Shown here: positions 26,256 through 35,103 of the stretch, one piece after another | How the letters are laid out: each line of letters starts with the position of its first letter | Numbering within the stretch: position 1 is the first letter of the stretch | Source: an uncultured Clostridia bacterium | GTDB taxonomy: Bacteria > Bacillota > Clostridia > Christensenellales > Pumilibacteraceae | Assembly: GCA_934270565.1 (NCBI GenBank) | Contig: CAKQPR010000005.1 | Span: 20,249-84,248, forward strand | Direction of reading: 5' to 3' | DNA: 64,000 nt | Notes under the pieces: model-generated | The model's database searches: none | What the model was told of the DNA's origin: nothing | Seen by the model: only the letters and a program-made list of their open reading frames with translations | Program-made: the position numbers and the translations under genes

Positions 26256-27575
26256 ATGGAATTATCCCCCAAGCAGATAGTTGCCGAACTTGACAGATAC
26301 ATTATCGGACAGGAGGACGCAAAACGCGCGGTTGCCGTTGCGCTTCGTAACCGCTACCGCAGATCGCAGCTTCCCGACGATATCCGCGAGGAAATCACGC
26401 CGAAGAACATTATAATGAAAGGTCCTACCGGCGTAGGCAAAACCGAAATCGCCCGTCGTCTCGCTAAACTCGTAAAAGCTCCGTTTGTAAAAGTCGAGGC
26501 TACCAAGTTTACCGAAGTCGGCTACGTCGGCAGAGACGTCGAATCTATGGTTCGCGATCTCGTCGAGGTCGGTATACGGCTTGTAAAAGAGGAAAAAATG
26601 GCGGAAGTTGAAGCCGCTTCGCGCGCGCTTGCCGAAAAGAAAATAATTAACGCGATCACCGCCGCACGTAAGAAAACGCTTACCGATTATTCGGAAGAGG
26701 CGATCCGCGCGGGCGTAGAGAGCGAGTACGCCGAAGGCAAGCTCGATAATCACATGCTCGAAATCGAGGTTGACGATCAGCCCAAAGGTATGGAAATCAT
26801 GCCGGGAATGGGCATGGGAGCGGAAATCAACATCGGCGATATTTTAGGCGGTATTCTGCCCAAGAAAAAGAAAAAACGCAAAGTCGCAGTCAAGGAAGCC
26901 GTAAAGATTCTCACCGACGAGGAGAGCGAAAAGCGCATCGACATTGACGCGATAAATTCCGAAGGAGTGAAACGCGCGGAGCAGAACGGCATTATCTTCA
27001 TCGACGAGATCGATAAGATCGCAAGCGCTGGCGGTTCGGGCAAAGGTCCGGACGTAAGCCGCGAAGGCGTTCAGCGCGACATTCTTCCCATTGTTGAAGG
27101 TTGCACGGTTATGACGAAGTACGGCGCGGTAAAGACCGATTATATCCTGTTCATCGCGTCGGGCGCGTTCCACGTCAGCAGCGTAAACGACCTTATACCC
27201 GAACTTCAGGGACGGTTTCCGGTGCGCGTAGAACTCAACAGTCTCACGAAGGACGATTTCGTCAAAATTTTTACCGTACCCGAAAATGCAATCACCCGTC
27301 AGTATGCGGCGCTCCTTCGCGTGGATAACGTCGACGTTACGTTCACGGACGACGCAATCGAAGAAATGTCGCGTATCGCCGAACTCGAAAACGAGTCGGG
27401 TGAAGATATCGGCGCGCGCAGGCTTCATACGATTATGGAAAGCCTTCTGGAAGACCTCGGGTTCAACGCGAGCGGCGATTACCCGCTTATCGACGTTACG
27501 ATCGACAAAAAATATGTTGACGAACACCTTGAAAAACAGGTCCGCAGTCACGACCTCAAAAAGTATATTCTTTAA
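26256..27575 (+). CDS. hslU: ATP-dependent protease ATPase subunit HslU (ClpY)
   Basis: [19 protein letters not shown], Walker [25 protein letters not shown]. Start trimmed to the ATG at 26256. Confidence 0.96.
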   Translation: MELSPKQIVAELDRYIIGQEDAKRAVAVALRNRYRRSQLPDDIREEITPKNIIMKGPTGVGKTEIARRLAKLVKAPFVKVEATKFTEVGYVGRDVESMVRDLVEVGIRLVKEEKMAEVEAASRALAEKKIINAITAARKKTLTDYSEEAIRAGVESEYAEGKLDNHMLEIEVDDQPKGMEIMPGMGMGAEINIGDILGGILPKKKKKRKVAVKEAVKILTDEESEKRIDIDAINSEGVKRAEQNGIIFIDEIDKIASAGGSGKGPDVSREGVQRDILPIVEGCTVMTKYGAVKTDYILFIASGAFHVSSVNDLIPELQGRFPVRVELNSLTKDDFVKIFTVPENAITRQYAALLRVDNVDVTFTDDAIEEMSRIAELENESGEDIGARRLHTIMESLLEDLGFNASGDYPLIDVTIDKKYVDEHLEKQVRSHDLKKYIL

Positions 27576-27590
27576 CGCAACGGAGACCTT

Positions 27591-28847
27591 ATGATAAATA
27601 TTCCGAAAGGCACAAAGGACGTTTTGCCGAACGAAAGCTACAAGTGGCATTACGTCGAAGGTAAAGCCCGCGAAATCGCGCGGCTTTACGGTTTTCGAGA
27701 GGTCCGCACGCCGTCGTTCGAACATACCGAGCTGTTCACCCGCTCGATAGGCGACGATACCGACGTCGTGCAGAAGGAAATGTACACCTTCCTCGACAAA
27801 GGCAAGCGCTCGATCACGCTTAAACCCGAAGGAACGTCGCCCGTCGCCCGTTCGTTCGTCGAAAATTCGCTCGACGCACTGTCGCTTCCGCTCAGAATGT
27901 ACTATATCACGCCCGTGTTCCGTTACGAGGCGCCCCAAGCGGGCAGACTTCGCGAGCACCATCAGTTCGGCGTCGAACTTTACGGCGGAGATACTCCTGC
28001 ACTCGATTTCGAAGTGATTTCGCTCGCATACGATTTTCTTTCGTCGGTCGGCGTTACGGGACTCGTTCTTAACCTCAACAGCATCGGTTGCGAAAAATGC
28101 CGCGCCGAATATAAAGCGGCGCTTAAAAACTTCCTCGGCGAGCATATCGACGAAATGTGCCATACTTGCCGCGAGCGTTTTGACAGAAACCCGCTCCGTA
28201 TCCTCGACTGTAAGGAAGAGGGTTGCCGCAGGATCGTGGAGAACGCGCCGAAAATCACCGATTATCTTTGCGACGATTGCAGGGCGCATATGGACGGGCT
28301 TAAGAAAATGCTTGACGAAGCGGGCATAAAGTACGTCGTAAACCCGAAGATCGTCCGCGGGCTCGATTATTATACGAAAACCGTTTTCGAATTCGTTACC
28401 ACCGCGCTCGGCTCGCAAGGCACGGTTTGCGGCGGCGGCAGATACAACAACCTCGTCGAATCGGTCGGAGGCAAACCGACCCCATGCGTAGGTTTCGGGC
28501 TGGGGCTCGAACGGCTTATAATGCTCCTCGACGCGACCGGCGTTGCGATCGAAGATAACGAAGCGCCCGAAGTTTTCGTTATCAGTCAGCGCCCCGAGTA
28601 TCTCGGCGAATGTATGAAAATCGTTTCCGGTTTTCGTCGCGGCGGCGTGAGCGCCGAAACGGAGTGCACCGGCAGAAGCCTCAAAGCTCAGTTCAGATAC
28701 GCGGACAAGCTTCGTGCAAAATTCGTAATCGTTATGGGTGAAAGCGAAATCGAAGCCGACGAAGTGGACGTCAAAAAACTTTCGGACGGCACGGTGGAGC
28801 GCGTTAAAAAAGAAAATCTTGTAAATTACGTTTTGGAGAAAAGATAA
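27591..28847 (+). CDS. hisS: Histidine--tRNA ligase
   Basis: Class II motifs, including FRYEAPQAGRLREHHQFG and GGGRYNNL. Confidence 0.96.
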   Translation: MINIPKGTKDVLPNESYKWHYVEGKAREIARLYGFREVRTPSFEHTELFTRSIGDDTDVVQKEMYTFLDKGKRSITLKPEGTSPVARSFVENSLDALSLPLRMYYITPVFRYEAPQAGRLREHHQFGVELYGGDTPALDFEVISLAYDFLSSVGVTGLVLNLNSIGCEKCRAEYKAALKNFLGEHIDEMCHTCRERFDRNPLRILDCKEEGCRRIVENAPKITDYLCDDCRAHMDGLKKMLDEAGIKYVVNPKIVRGLDYYTKTVFEFVTTALGSQGTVCGGGRYNNLVESVGGKPTPCVGFGLGLERLIMLLDATGVAIEDNEAPEVFVISQRPEYLGECMKIVSGFRRGGVSAETECTGRSLKAQFRYADKLRAKFVIVMGESEIEADEVDVKKLSDGTVERVKKENLVNYVLEKR

Positions 28848-30643
28848 TGGCAGAATTTTTAGGAGACCTCAAACGCACCGATTATTGCGGAAAAGTGGGC
28901 GAGAGTCAGGTAGGTAAGGAACTCGTAGTTACCGGTTGGGCGGCAAAACGCCGCGACCTCGGCGGACTTATTTTCGTCGATCTCCGCGACCGCAGCGGAA
29001 TACTCCAGGTCGTGTTCGACGCGTCGATTGCGGGCGAAGAAGTCTTTAACAAAGCCGAAACGATCAGAAGCGAGTATGTGCTCGCGATCGAAGGCACGCT
29101 CAGACTTCGCGACGAAGCGGCGATCAACCCGAAGATCGCTACCGGCAAGGTAGAACTCGTAGCTAAAACGCTCAAAATTCTTTCGGACGCGGACACCCCG
29201 CCGTTCGCGATTGAGGATAATTCCGCGACCAACGAAGCCGTTCGCCTCAAATACAGATACCTCGATCTCCGCAACGCGTCGTATCAGGAGCGTTTCAAGC
29301 TCAGAAGCGACGTTTGCAGAGTTATCCGCGACTATATGCTCGGACACGATTTCCTCGAAATCGAAACTCCGTTCTTAGGCAAATCGACCCCCGAGGGAGC
29401 GCGCGATTACCTTGTTCCGTCCCGCGTTCACCCCGGCGAGTTTTATGCGCTTCCCCAGTCGCCTCAGCTTTACAAACAGCTTCTTATGATAAGCGGCTTC
29501 GACCGTTATTTCCAGATCGCGCGTTGCTTCCGCGACGAGGACCTTCGCGCAAATCGTCAGCCCGAATTCACTCAGGTCGATATGGAAATGTCGTTCGTGG
29601 ACGACGAAGAGGACGTAATGGGCGTAGCGGAAGGTCTTATCCGCAGAGTTTTCAAGGAGTGCATCAATTACGATCTCCCCGAAAAAATCCGCCGTATGAC
29701 GTGGCAGGAAGCTATGGATCGTTTCGGCTCGGATAAACCCGATACCCGTTTCGGTCTCGAGCTTACCGATATTTCGGACATAGTCAAAGAGTGCGGTTTT
29801 CAAGTGTTTACCGGCGCGATCAAAGCGGGCGGCAGCGTTCGTCTCATCAACGCCAAGGGCTTCGGAAAAATTCTTTCCCGCCGCGACATCGACGCGCTCG
29901 GCGAATTCGTAAAGACGTATAAGGCGAAAGGTCTTGCGTGGATCTCGGTAAAAGAGGACGGGCTTCAGTCTGCGATTACGAAATTTCTCGACGAGGACAC
30001 CGTAAACGCGATTTTAAAGCGCGCGAACGCCGAAGTCGGCGATATTCTGTTCTTCTGTGCGGACGCCAAAAACGAAGTCGTGTACGCTTCGCTCGGCGCG
30101 CTCCGTCTCCACCTCGCCGAAAAAGCAAACCTCATCGACAAGGACGGTTACGATATTTTGTGGGTTACGGAATTCCCGATGTTCGAGTACAGCGAGGAAG
30201 AAAAGAGGCTCGTTGCGGTTCATCACCCGTTCACCAGCCCCAAAACCGAGGACCTTCCGCTTGTCGAAACCGAGCCGCTCAAAGTCCGCGCAAAGGCTTA
30301 CGACCTCGTGATCAACGGACAGGAAGCGGGCGGCGGCAGTATCAGAATTCACTCGCGCGAAGTGCAGAAGAGAATGTTCAACGCGCTCGGCTTTACCGAC
30401 GAGCAGATTCAGGACCGTTTCGGCTTCTTCGTGGACGCGTTCAATTACGGAACGCCTCCGCACGGCGGACTTGCGTTCGGTCTCGATCGTCTCATCATGC
30501 TTCTGAGCAAGACCGACAATATCAAGGACGTTATCGCGTTCCCGAAGGTTCAGAACGCTTCCGACCTTATGACGGACGCACCGAGCGCGGTAGAGCCGAA
30601 GCAGCTTAAAGAACTTTCCATCAAAATAAATGAAAAACTGTAA
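28847..30643 (+). CDS. aspS: Aspartate--tRNA ligase
   Basis: OB-fold N-terminus, FRDEDLRANRQPEFTQVD, GGGSIRIH, GLAFGLDRL. hisS-aspS synteny. Confidence 0.96.
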   Translation: MAEFLGDLKRTDYCGKVGESQVGKELVVTGWAAKRRDLGGLIFVDLRDRSGILQVVFDASIAGEEVFNKAETIRSEYVLAIEGTLRLRDEAAINPKIATGKVELVAKTLKILSDADTPPFAIEDNSATNEAVRLKYRYLDLRNASYQERFKLRSDVCRVIRDYMLGHDFLEIETPFLGKSTPEGARDYLVPSRVHPGEFYALPQSPQLYKQLLMISGFDRYFQIARCFRDEDLRANRQPEFTQVDMEMSFVDDEEDVMGVAEGLIRRVFKECINYDLPEKIRRMTWQEAMDRFGSDKPDTRFGLELTDISDIVKECGFQVFTGAIKAGGSVRLINAKGFGKILSRRDIDALGEFVKTYKAKGLAWISVKEDGLQSAITKFLDEDTVNAILKRANAEVGDILFFCADAKNEVVYASLGALRLHLAEKANLIDKDGYDILWVTEFPMFEYSEEEKRLVAVHHPFTSPKTEDLPLVETEPLKVRAKAYDLVINGQEAGGGSIRIHSREVQKRMFNALGFTDEQIQDRFGFFVDAFNYGTPPHGGLAFGLDRLIMLLSKTDNIKDVIAFPKVQNASDLMTDAPSAVEPKQLKELSIKINEKL

Positions 30644-31073
30644 CAGGTTGACGGCGAAGGTTTCCCGAATAAAAAACGGGCGAACCTTCGTTGCCGTTAG
30701 CGCACCCGACAAATGCGAGGGGTGTAAGGCTTGCTATATAGGCAGGCTCGGCAAATCTACCGAGCTTCCCGCGAGAAACGAAATCGGCGCGAACGTCGGA
30801 GACAGCGTGGTTATCGAAACGTCCGTTTCGACGAATTTCGCGACGCTTGCGCTCGTATTGCTTCCGCTTACGTTTTTCGTGGCGGGAATAATAATCGCGC
30901 TTTCCGCGGGATTGAACGAACTTGCGGCGGGCGGAATCGGGCTCGGCGCGGCGATAATCGCTTTTGCGACAACGTTCGCCGCAGACAGAACGATCATACG
31001 GAAAAAATACGCGGCAAAAATAGTGGAAATACTGCCGTCGGAAAAGTCGGACGGCGAGCCCCGCGAGGAATAA
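30630..31073 (+). CDS. RseC/MucC-family (SoxR-reducing system) membrane protein
   Basis: N-terminal Cys cluster CEGCKAC followed by two TM helices, the typical RseC architecture. Exact start uncertain. Confidence 0.7.
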   Translation: MKNCNRLTAKVSRIKNGRTFVAVSAPDKCEGCKACYIGRLGKSTELPARNEIGANVGDSVVIETSVSTNFATLALVLLPLTFFVAGIIIALSAGLNELAAGGIGLGAAIIAFATTFAADRTIIRKKYAAKIVEILPSEKSDGEPREE

Positions 31074-31123
31074 GCTTTGCGGGCTTGTTTGCGGGCGAGA
31101 AAAACGTAAGAGGACTGAGAAAA

Positions 31124-33241
31124 ATGCGGAGAGTGGTCAATTTCAGATGTTTTTTACTGACGTCTACGATTGCCGTTCTCTGCGTTTTGCTTTATACGAA
31201 AACTTCGGCGGCTTTGCGGGTGATTCTGCTCGCGCTCGTTTTCGCGGCTTTACTCGGGTTGGCCGTAAGTTTTTTCGCGCAACGCGATTTCGTCAAGGGA
31301 ATTTCGTTCGCGCTGGCTTTGCTTGTCGCGTTCGCCTGCGTTTTCGGAGCAAAAGCGGAAATTGACCGTCATACTTTCGAAATCGAAGAAAAAACCGAAT
31401 ATTCTTTCGTCGCGACGATCGAGGAATCGTCGGGAGAAACCGACTATTTCACAATGAATCTGCGCTCTGTCGAAGCGGATGGTAAAAGCGTAAACGGCAA
31501 TATGTATCTGTCCGTTTCGTCCGCGATCGGAACGGTAATACCGAGCCTCAAAAACGGCGATAAAATAGCGTTTAAGTCGTCTGTAATTCATCGTAAGCTC
31601 GAAACGAAGCTCGGTAAGTATAGCCGCGGCGATATGCGTTACGCGGCGTTCGTGACGGCGGACGAAATACAGTTCGTCGGAGCGGAAAACAACTTCTTCG
31701 ACAACATGCGCAACGGTATGCGCGCGATACTCGAGGAAAATATCGGCGGTTACGGAGCGCTTGCTTACGCCGTGCTTACGGGCGATAAAGGCGGGCTTGA
31801 CGCGGGCGTAACCGATTATTACAGCGCGAGCGGAATAGGACATATTCTTGCCGTTTCGGGACTTCACGTCGGATTTATCACCGCCGCGCTCGTCTGGCTT
31901 CTGAATAAACTACGCACAAATCGTTACGTCAAGCTTGCGGTCGTATCGTCTGTATTGTTGTTTTATTCGTTCATAGCTTCGTTCTCGCCGTCCGTCGTGA
32001 GGGCAAGCGTAATGTGCGCGATCGGACTTACCGCGGATGCGTTCGGCGAAAGGCGCGACACGTTGAGCTCGCTTTGTTGCGCGGCTACTGCTATACTTCT
32101 CGTAAAGCCGCTGTATATTTACGACGTCGGGTTTGTGCTTAGCGTGTCTGCCGTGGCGGGGATTCTTATGTTCGCCGACGGGTTTAATCGGGCGCTGAAA
32201 TTTCTTCCGAAGTTCGTTTCGGGCGCGCTTTCCGTATCAATGGCGGCGCAGCTCGGCATTACGCCCGCTACGCTCGTAGTGTTCGGGCGGTTCGCGCCGT
32301 ACTCGATTATCGCAAACTTATTCGTCATTCCGATTATGAGCGTGACTTTCGTCGTTATCGTCGTTGCGCTCGTAATCGTCGCGATTATACCGCAATTCGG
32401 TCTGCTTCTGACGGTTTCGGGAGCAGGGCTCGTTGCGGTCGATCTTATCGCCAAGCTTATCTCGCTTATTCCGTTCGCTTCGATCATAATTCTGGCGGAA
32501 GAGTGGTTTATGTTCTCGTTCCCGCTGTTGTTCGTCTGCTCGAAATTCTTTATGTTGCCGAAGTTCAAATGGATAACTTACGTTGTGACGATGGTCGCAT
32601 GCGCCGCGGCGCTTACGGTCTGCAATATTCCGACCGTGGGAGCGGGCGATATTATCGTGTGCGAAGGCTATAACAGCGTCACTACCGTAATCGAAACGAC
32701 CGATAACGGCTGTATCGTTGTGGGTGACGTCGGGGCAAGCGGCACGGTCGTCGAGGTTCTCGGTAGCGTTCGGGAGAGAAAAATCACGGCGATCGTCGCA
32801 ACGCGGATCGACAAAGACAACGCGCGATCACTTGCCAAGCTTTGTAAAAATTACGGACTGAAAGGCGTTTACGCTTCCGCTTCGGCGAATGCGGACGGAA
32901 TACAATCGCTCGTTTCCGAAGGCGCGGACATCGAGCTGTTTGGCGGCGAGAAATTCGGACTTAAACCCGTGATATCGAACGGTAAATTCGTAGGATACGG
33001 CTATCCGTCGGAGAAACTGTTGTTGCTGACTGCCGGCGTTAATCCTTCCGATCTCGAATCGGAAATTATAAACGACTATGCCGTTATACGCTCCGAAACT
33101 TACGGCAAAGATTATTTAAACCGCATTTATCTCGTCAATTTCAATAATTCGTTTATCGATGAAAAGCCGGTTGCCGTTCGCTCGGCGACCGACGGAAACT
33201 TCGTTTTCGGGCTTTCGGACGGCTCTGTAACGAATTTGTAG
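31124..33241 (+). CDS. comEC: ComEC/Rec2 DNA internalization channel protein with a degenerate metallo-beta-lactamase domain
   Basis: N-terminal TM + OB-like region, polytopic competence domain (GIGHILAVSGLHVG...), C-terminal MBL-like fold lacking His motifs. Start trimmed to the ATG at 31124. Track codons 30731-31123 overlap the rseC-like gene out of frame. Confidence 0.85.
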   Translation: MRRVVNFRCFLLTSTIAVLCVLLYTKTSAALRVILLALVFAALLGLAVSFFAQRDFVKGISFALALLVAFACVFGAKAEIDRHTFEIEEKTEYSFVATIEESSGETDYFTMNLRSVEADGKSVNGNMYLSVSSAIGTVIPSLKNGDKIAFKSSVIHRKLETKLGKYSRGDMRYAAFVTADEIQFVGAENNFFDNMRNGMRAILEENIGGYGALAYAVLTGDKGGLDAGVTDYYSASGIGHILAVSGLHVGFITAALVWLLNKLRTNRYVKLAVVSSVLLFYSFIASFSPSVVRASVMCAIGLTADAFGERRDTLSSLCCAATAILLVKPLYIYDVGFVLSVSAVAGILMFADGFNRALKFLPKFVSGALSVSMAAQLGITPATLVVFGRFAPYSIIANLFVIPIMSVTFVVIVVALVIVAIIPQFGLLLTVSGAGLVAVDLIAKLISLIPFASIIILAEEWFMFSFPLLFVCSKFFMLPKFKWITYVVTMVACAAALTVCNIPTVGAGDIIVCEGYNSVTTVIETTDNGCIVVGDVGASGTVVEVLGSVRERKITAIVATRIDKDNARSLAKLCKNYGLKGVYASASANADGIQSLVSEGADIELFGGEKFGLKPVISNGKFVGYGYPSEKLLLLTAGVNPSDLESEIINDYAVIRSETYGKDYLNRIYLVNFNNSFIDEKPVAVRSATDGNFVFGLSDGSVTNL

Positions 33242-33297
33242 AAATGTGTAAAACGACGAACGTGAAGTGAAATTTTCACAAGCGGACGGATTTTTCG

Positions 33298-33326
33298 TTG
33301 ACATTTTTTCGGTGTCGTTGTAAACT
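33298..33326 (+). promoter_or_regulatory. Candidate promoter TTGACA-17-TAAACT for the ABC exporter operon
   Basis: TTGACA 33298-33303, TAAACT 33321-33326. Confidence 0.45.
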
Positions 33327-33369
33327 TTAAAGGTTGAAACTCATATATTGTTGCCCGAAGGAGAAGAGT

Positions 33370-35103
33370 ATGATCGGAAAGCTGATGCCTTGCGTCGGCA
33401 GGTATAAAAAATACGCGATTTTAGCCCCGCTTACCATGCTCGTCGAAGTGGCTATGGAAGTTTTGCTTCCCATAGTTATGCAGATGATCATCGATAACGG
33501 TATTCAGGCTCAGAACGCGTCTTACTGCCTGACGTGGGGGCTTATTATGATAGGAATGTCGCTGTTGTCGCTTGCCGGCGGCGCGCTTTGCGGCAGATTT
33601 ACCGCGGTTGCCGGCACGGGGTTCGCGAGCGGAGTGAGAAAAAAACTGTTCGATAAAGTTCAGGATTTCTCGTTCTACAACGTCGATAAATATTCGACCG
33701 CTTCGCTCGTTACGCGACTTACCACCGACGTAAACAACGCGCAGAACGCGTTTATGACGGTGATCCGTTCGCTTATCCGCGCCCCGGGGATGCTGATTTT
33801 CGCGATGGTTATGGCGTTTAACATCAATGCTAAAATGTCGCTTATTTTCGTAGTGGCTATCCCCGTGCTCGCGATTGCGATCCTTTTGATTTTCTCAAAA
33901 GCTCATCCGAGGTTCAGAGCGATGCTTCGTTGCTACGATAACCTTAACTCGGACGTTCAGGAAAACCTTACTTCGATACGAACGGTAAAATCTTTCGTTC
34001 GCGAAGATTACGAAGACGAAAAGTTCAAAAAATGCTCCGAAGACGTGCGTAAAACTCAGGTGGCCGCCGAAAAGCTCATGATCTTAATGGGTCCCATTAT
34101 GATGATCTGTATGTACGGCTGTATGCTTGCGGTTTACTGGTTCGGAGCTAAGTTCACGATCGGCGGCGAAATGACGATCGGTAAGATCACGAGTTTTCTG
34201 ACCTACATTATGCAGGTTCTCATGTCGCTTATGATGATTGCGTTTTCGGGTATCCAGCTCGTTATTTCGCGAGCTTCGATTTCGCGTATCGTCGAAGTTT
34301 TCGACGAGAAGATCGATATCGACGATTCGGACGCAGATCCCGATCTTAAACCCGCGGACGGCTCGATTTCGTTCAAAGACGTGAAATTCGGATACGGCAA
34401 AGGCGACGATATAAATCTCGTTTTCGACGGAATTAACCTTGAAATCAAATCGGGCGAAACCGTCGGAATTATCGGCGGAACGGGCTCGGCTAAATCAACG
34501 CTCGTTCAGCTTATCCCGCGCCTTTACGACGTTTGCGGCGGAAGCGTGAGCGTGGGCGGGCACGACGTGAGAGAATATAAGCTCGAAAATCTTCGCTCGG
34601 ACGTGGCGATGGTGCTTCAGAAAAACGTGCTTTTCTCGGGAACGATCCTCGAAAACTTGCGCTGGGGCAACGAGAACGCGACTATGGAAGAGGTGATCGA
34701 AGCGGCGAAAGCGGCGCAGGCTCACGACTTTATCATGTCGTTCCCGAACGGTTACGACACCGACCTCGGACAGGGCGGAGTGAACGTTTCGGGCGGGCAG
34801 AAACAGCGACTTTGCATAGCTCGCGCGCTTCTCAAAAGCCCGAAAGTCATAATCCTCGACGATTCCACGAGCGCCGTCGATACTGCGACGGACGCAAGTA
34901 TCCGCGCGGCGTTCAGAAGCAATCTCAATCATATTACGACGCTTATCATCGCTCAGCGCATAAGCTCGGTAAGCGACGCGGATAAGATTATCGTGCTTGA
35001 CGACGGCAAGATCGACGGAATAGGCACGCACGAGGAGCTTCTCGCGACAAACGAAATATACCGCGAGGTTTACACTTCGCAGAACAAGGAGGAAAACAGA
35101 TAA
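33370..35103 (+). CDS. ABC exporter permease/ATPase, subunit with a degenerate catalytic site
   Basis: Six-TM domain plus NBD. Walker A GGTGSAKST, signature VSGGQKQR, Walker B IILDDS (Asp in place of the catalytic Glu), H-loop IIAQR (Gln in place of His). Start trimmed to the ATG at 33370. Confidence 0.9.
   Translation: MIGKLMPCVGRYKKYAILAPLTMLVEVAMEVLLPIVMQMIIDNGIQAQNASYCLTWGLIMIGMSLLSLAGGALCGRFTAVAGTGFASGVRKKLFDKVQDFSFYNVDKYSTASLVTRLTTDVNNAQNAFMTVIRSLIRAPGMLIFAMVMAFNINAKMSLIFVVAIPVLAIAILLIFSKAHPRFRAMLRCYDNLNSDVQENLTSIRTVKSFVREDYEDEKFKKCSEDVRKTQVAAEKLMILMGPIMMICMYGCMLAVYWFGAKFTIGGEMTIGKITSFLTYIMQVLMSLMMIAFSGIQLVISRASISRIVEVFDEKIDIDDSDADPDLKPADGSISFKDVKFGYGKGDDINLVFDGINLEIKSGETVGIIGGTGSAKSTLVQLIPRLYDVCGGSVSVGGHDVREYKLENLRSDVAMVLQKNVLFSGTILENLRWGNENATMEEVIEAAKAAQAHDFIMSFPNGYDTDLGQGGVNVSGGQKQRLCIARALLKSPKVIILDDSTSAVDTATDASIRAAFRSNLNHITTLIIAQRISSVSDADKIIVLDDGKIDGIGTHEELLATNEIYREVYTSQNKEENR

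Noticed and set aside
30731-31123. The N-terminal 131 codons of the track's 836-aa comEC ORF.
   Set aside because: This stretch overlaps the rseC-like gene in another frame and is extremely Arg/Gly-rich. A start at 31124 gives a normal hydrophobic ComEC N-terminus.
33267-33279. Palindrome GTGAAATTTTCAC about 20 bp upstream of the ABC exporter -35, which resembles Rex-box half-sites.
   Set aside because: The GTGAA and TTCAC arms are 3 nt apart, whereas the Rex consensus as I recall it (TTGTGAA-N4-TTCACAA) has 4 nt. It is a single occurrence, too short to exclude chance, and also too weak to be the comEC terminator.
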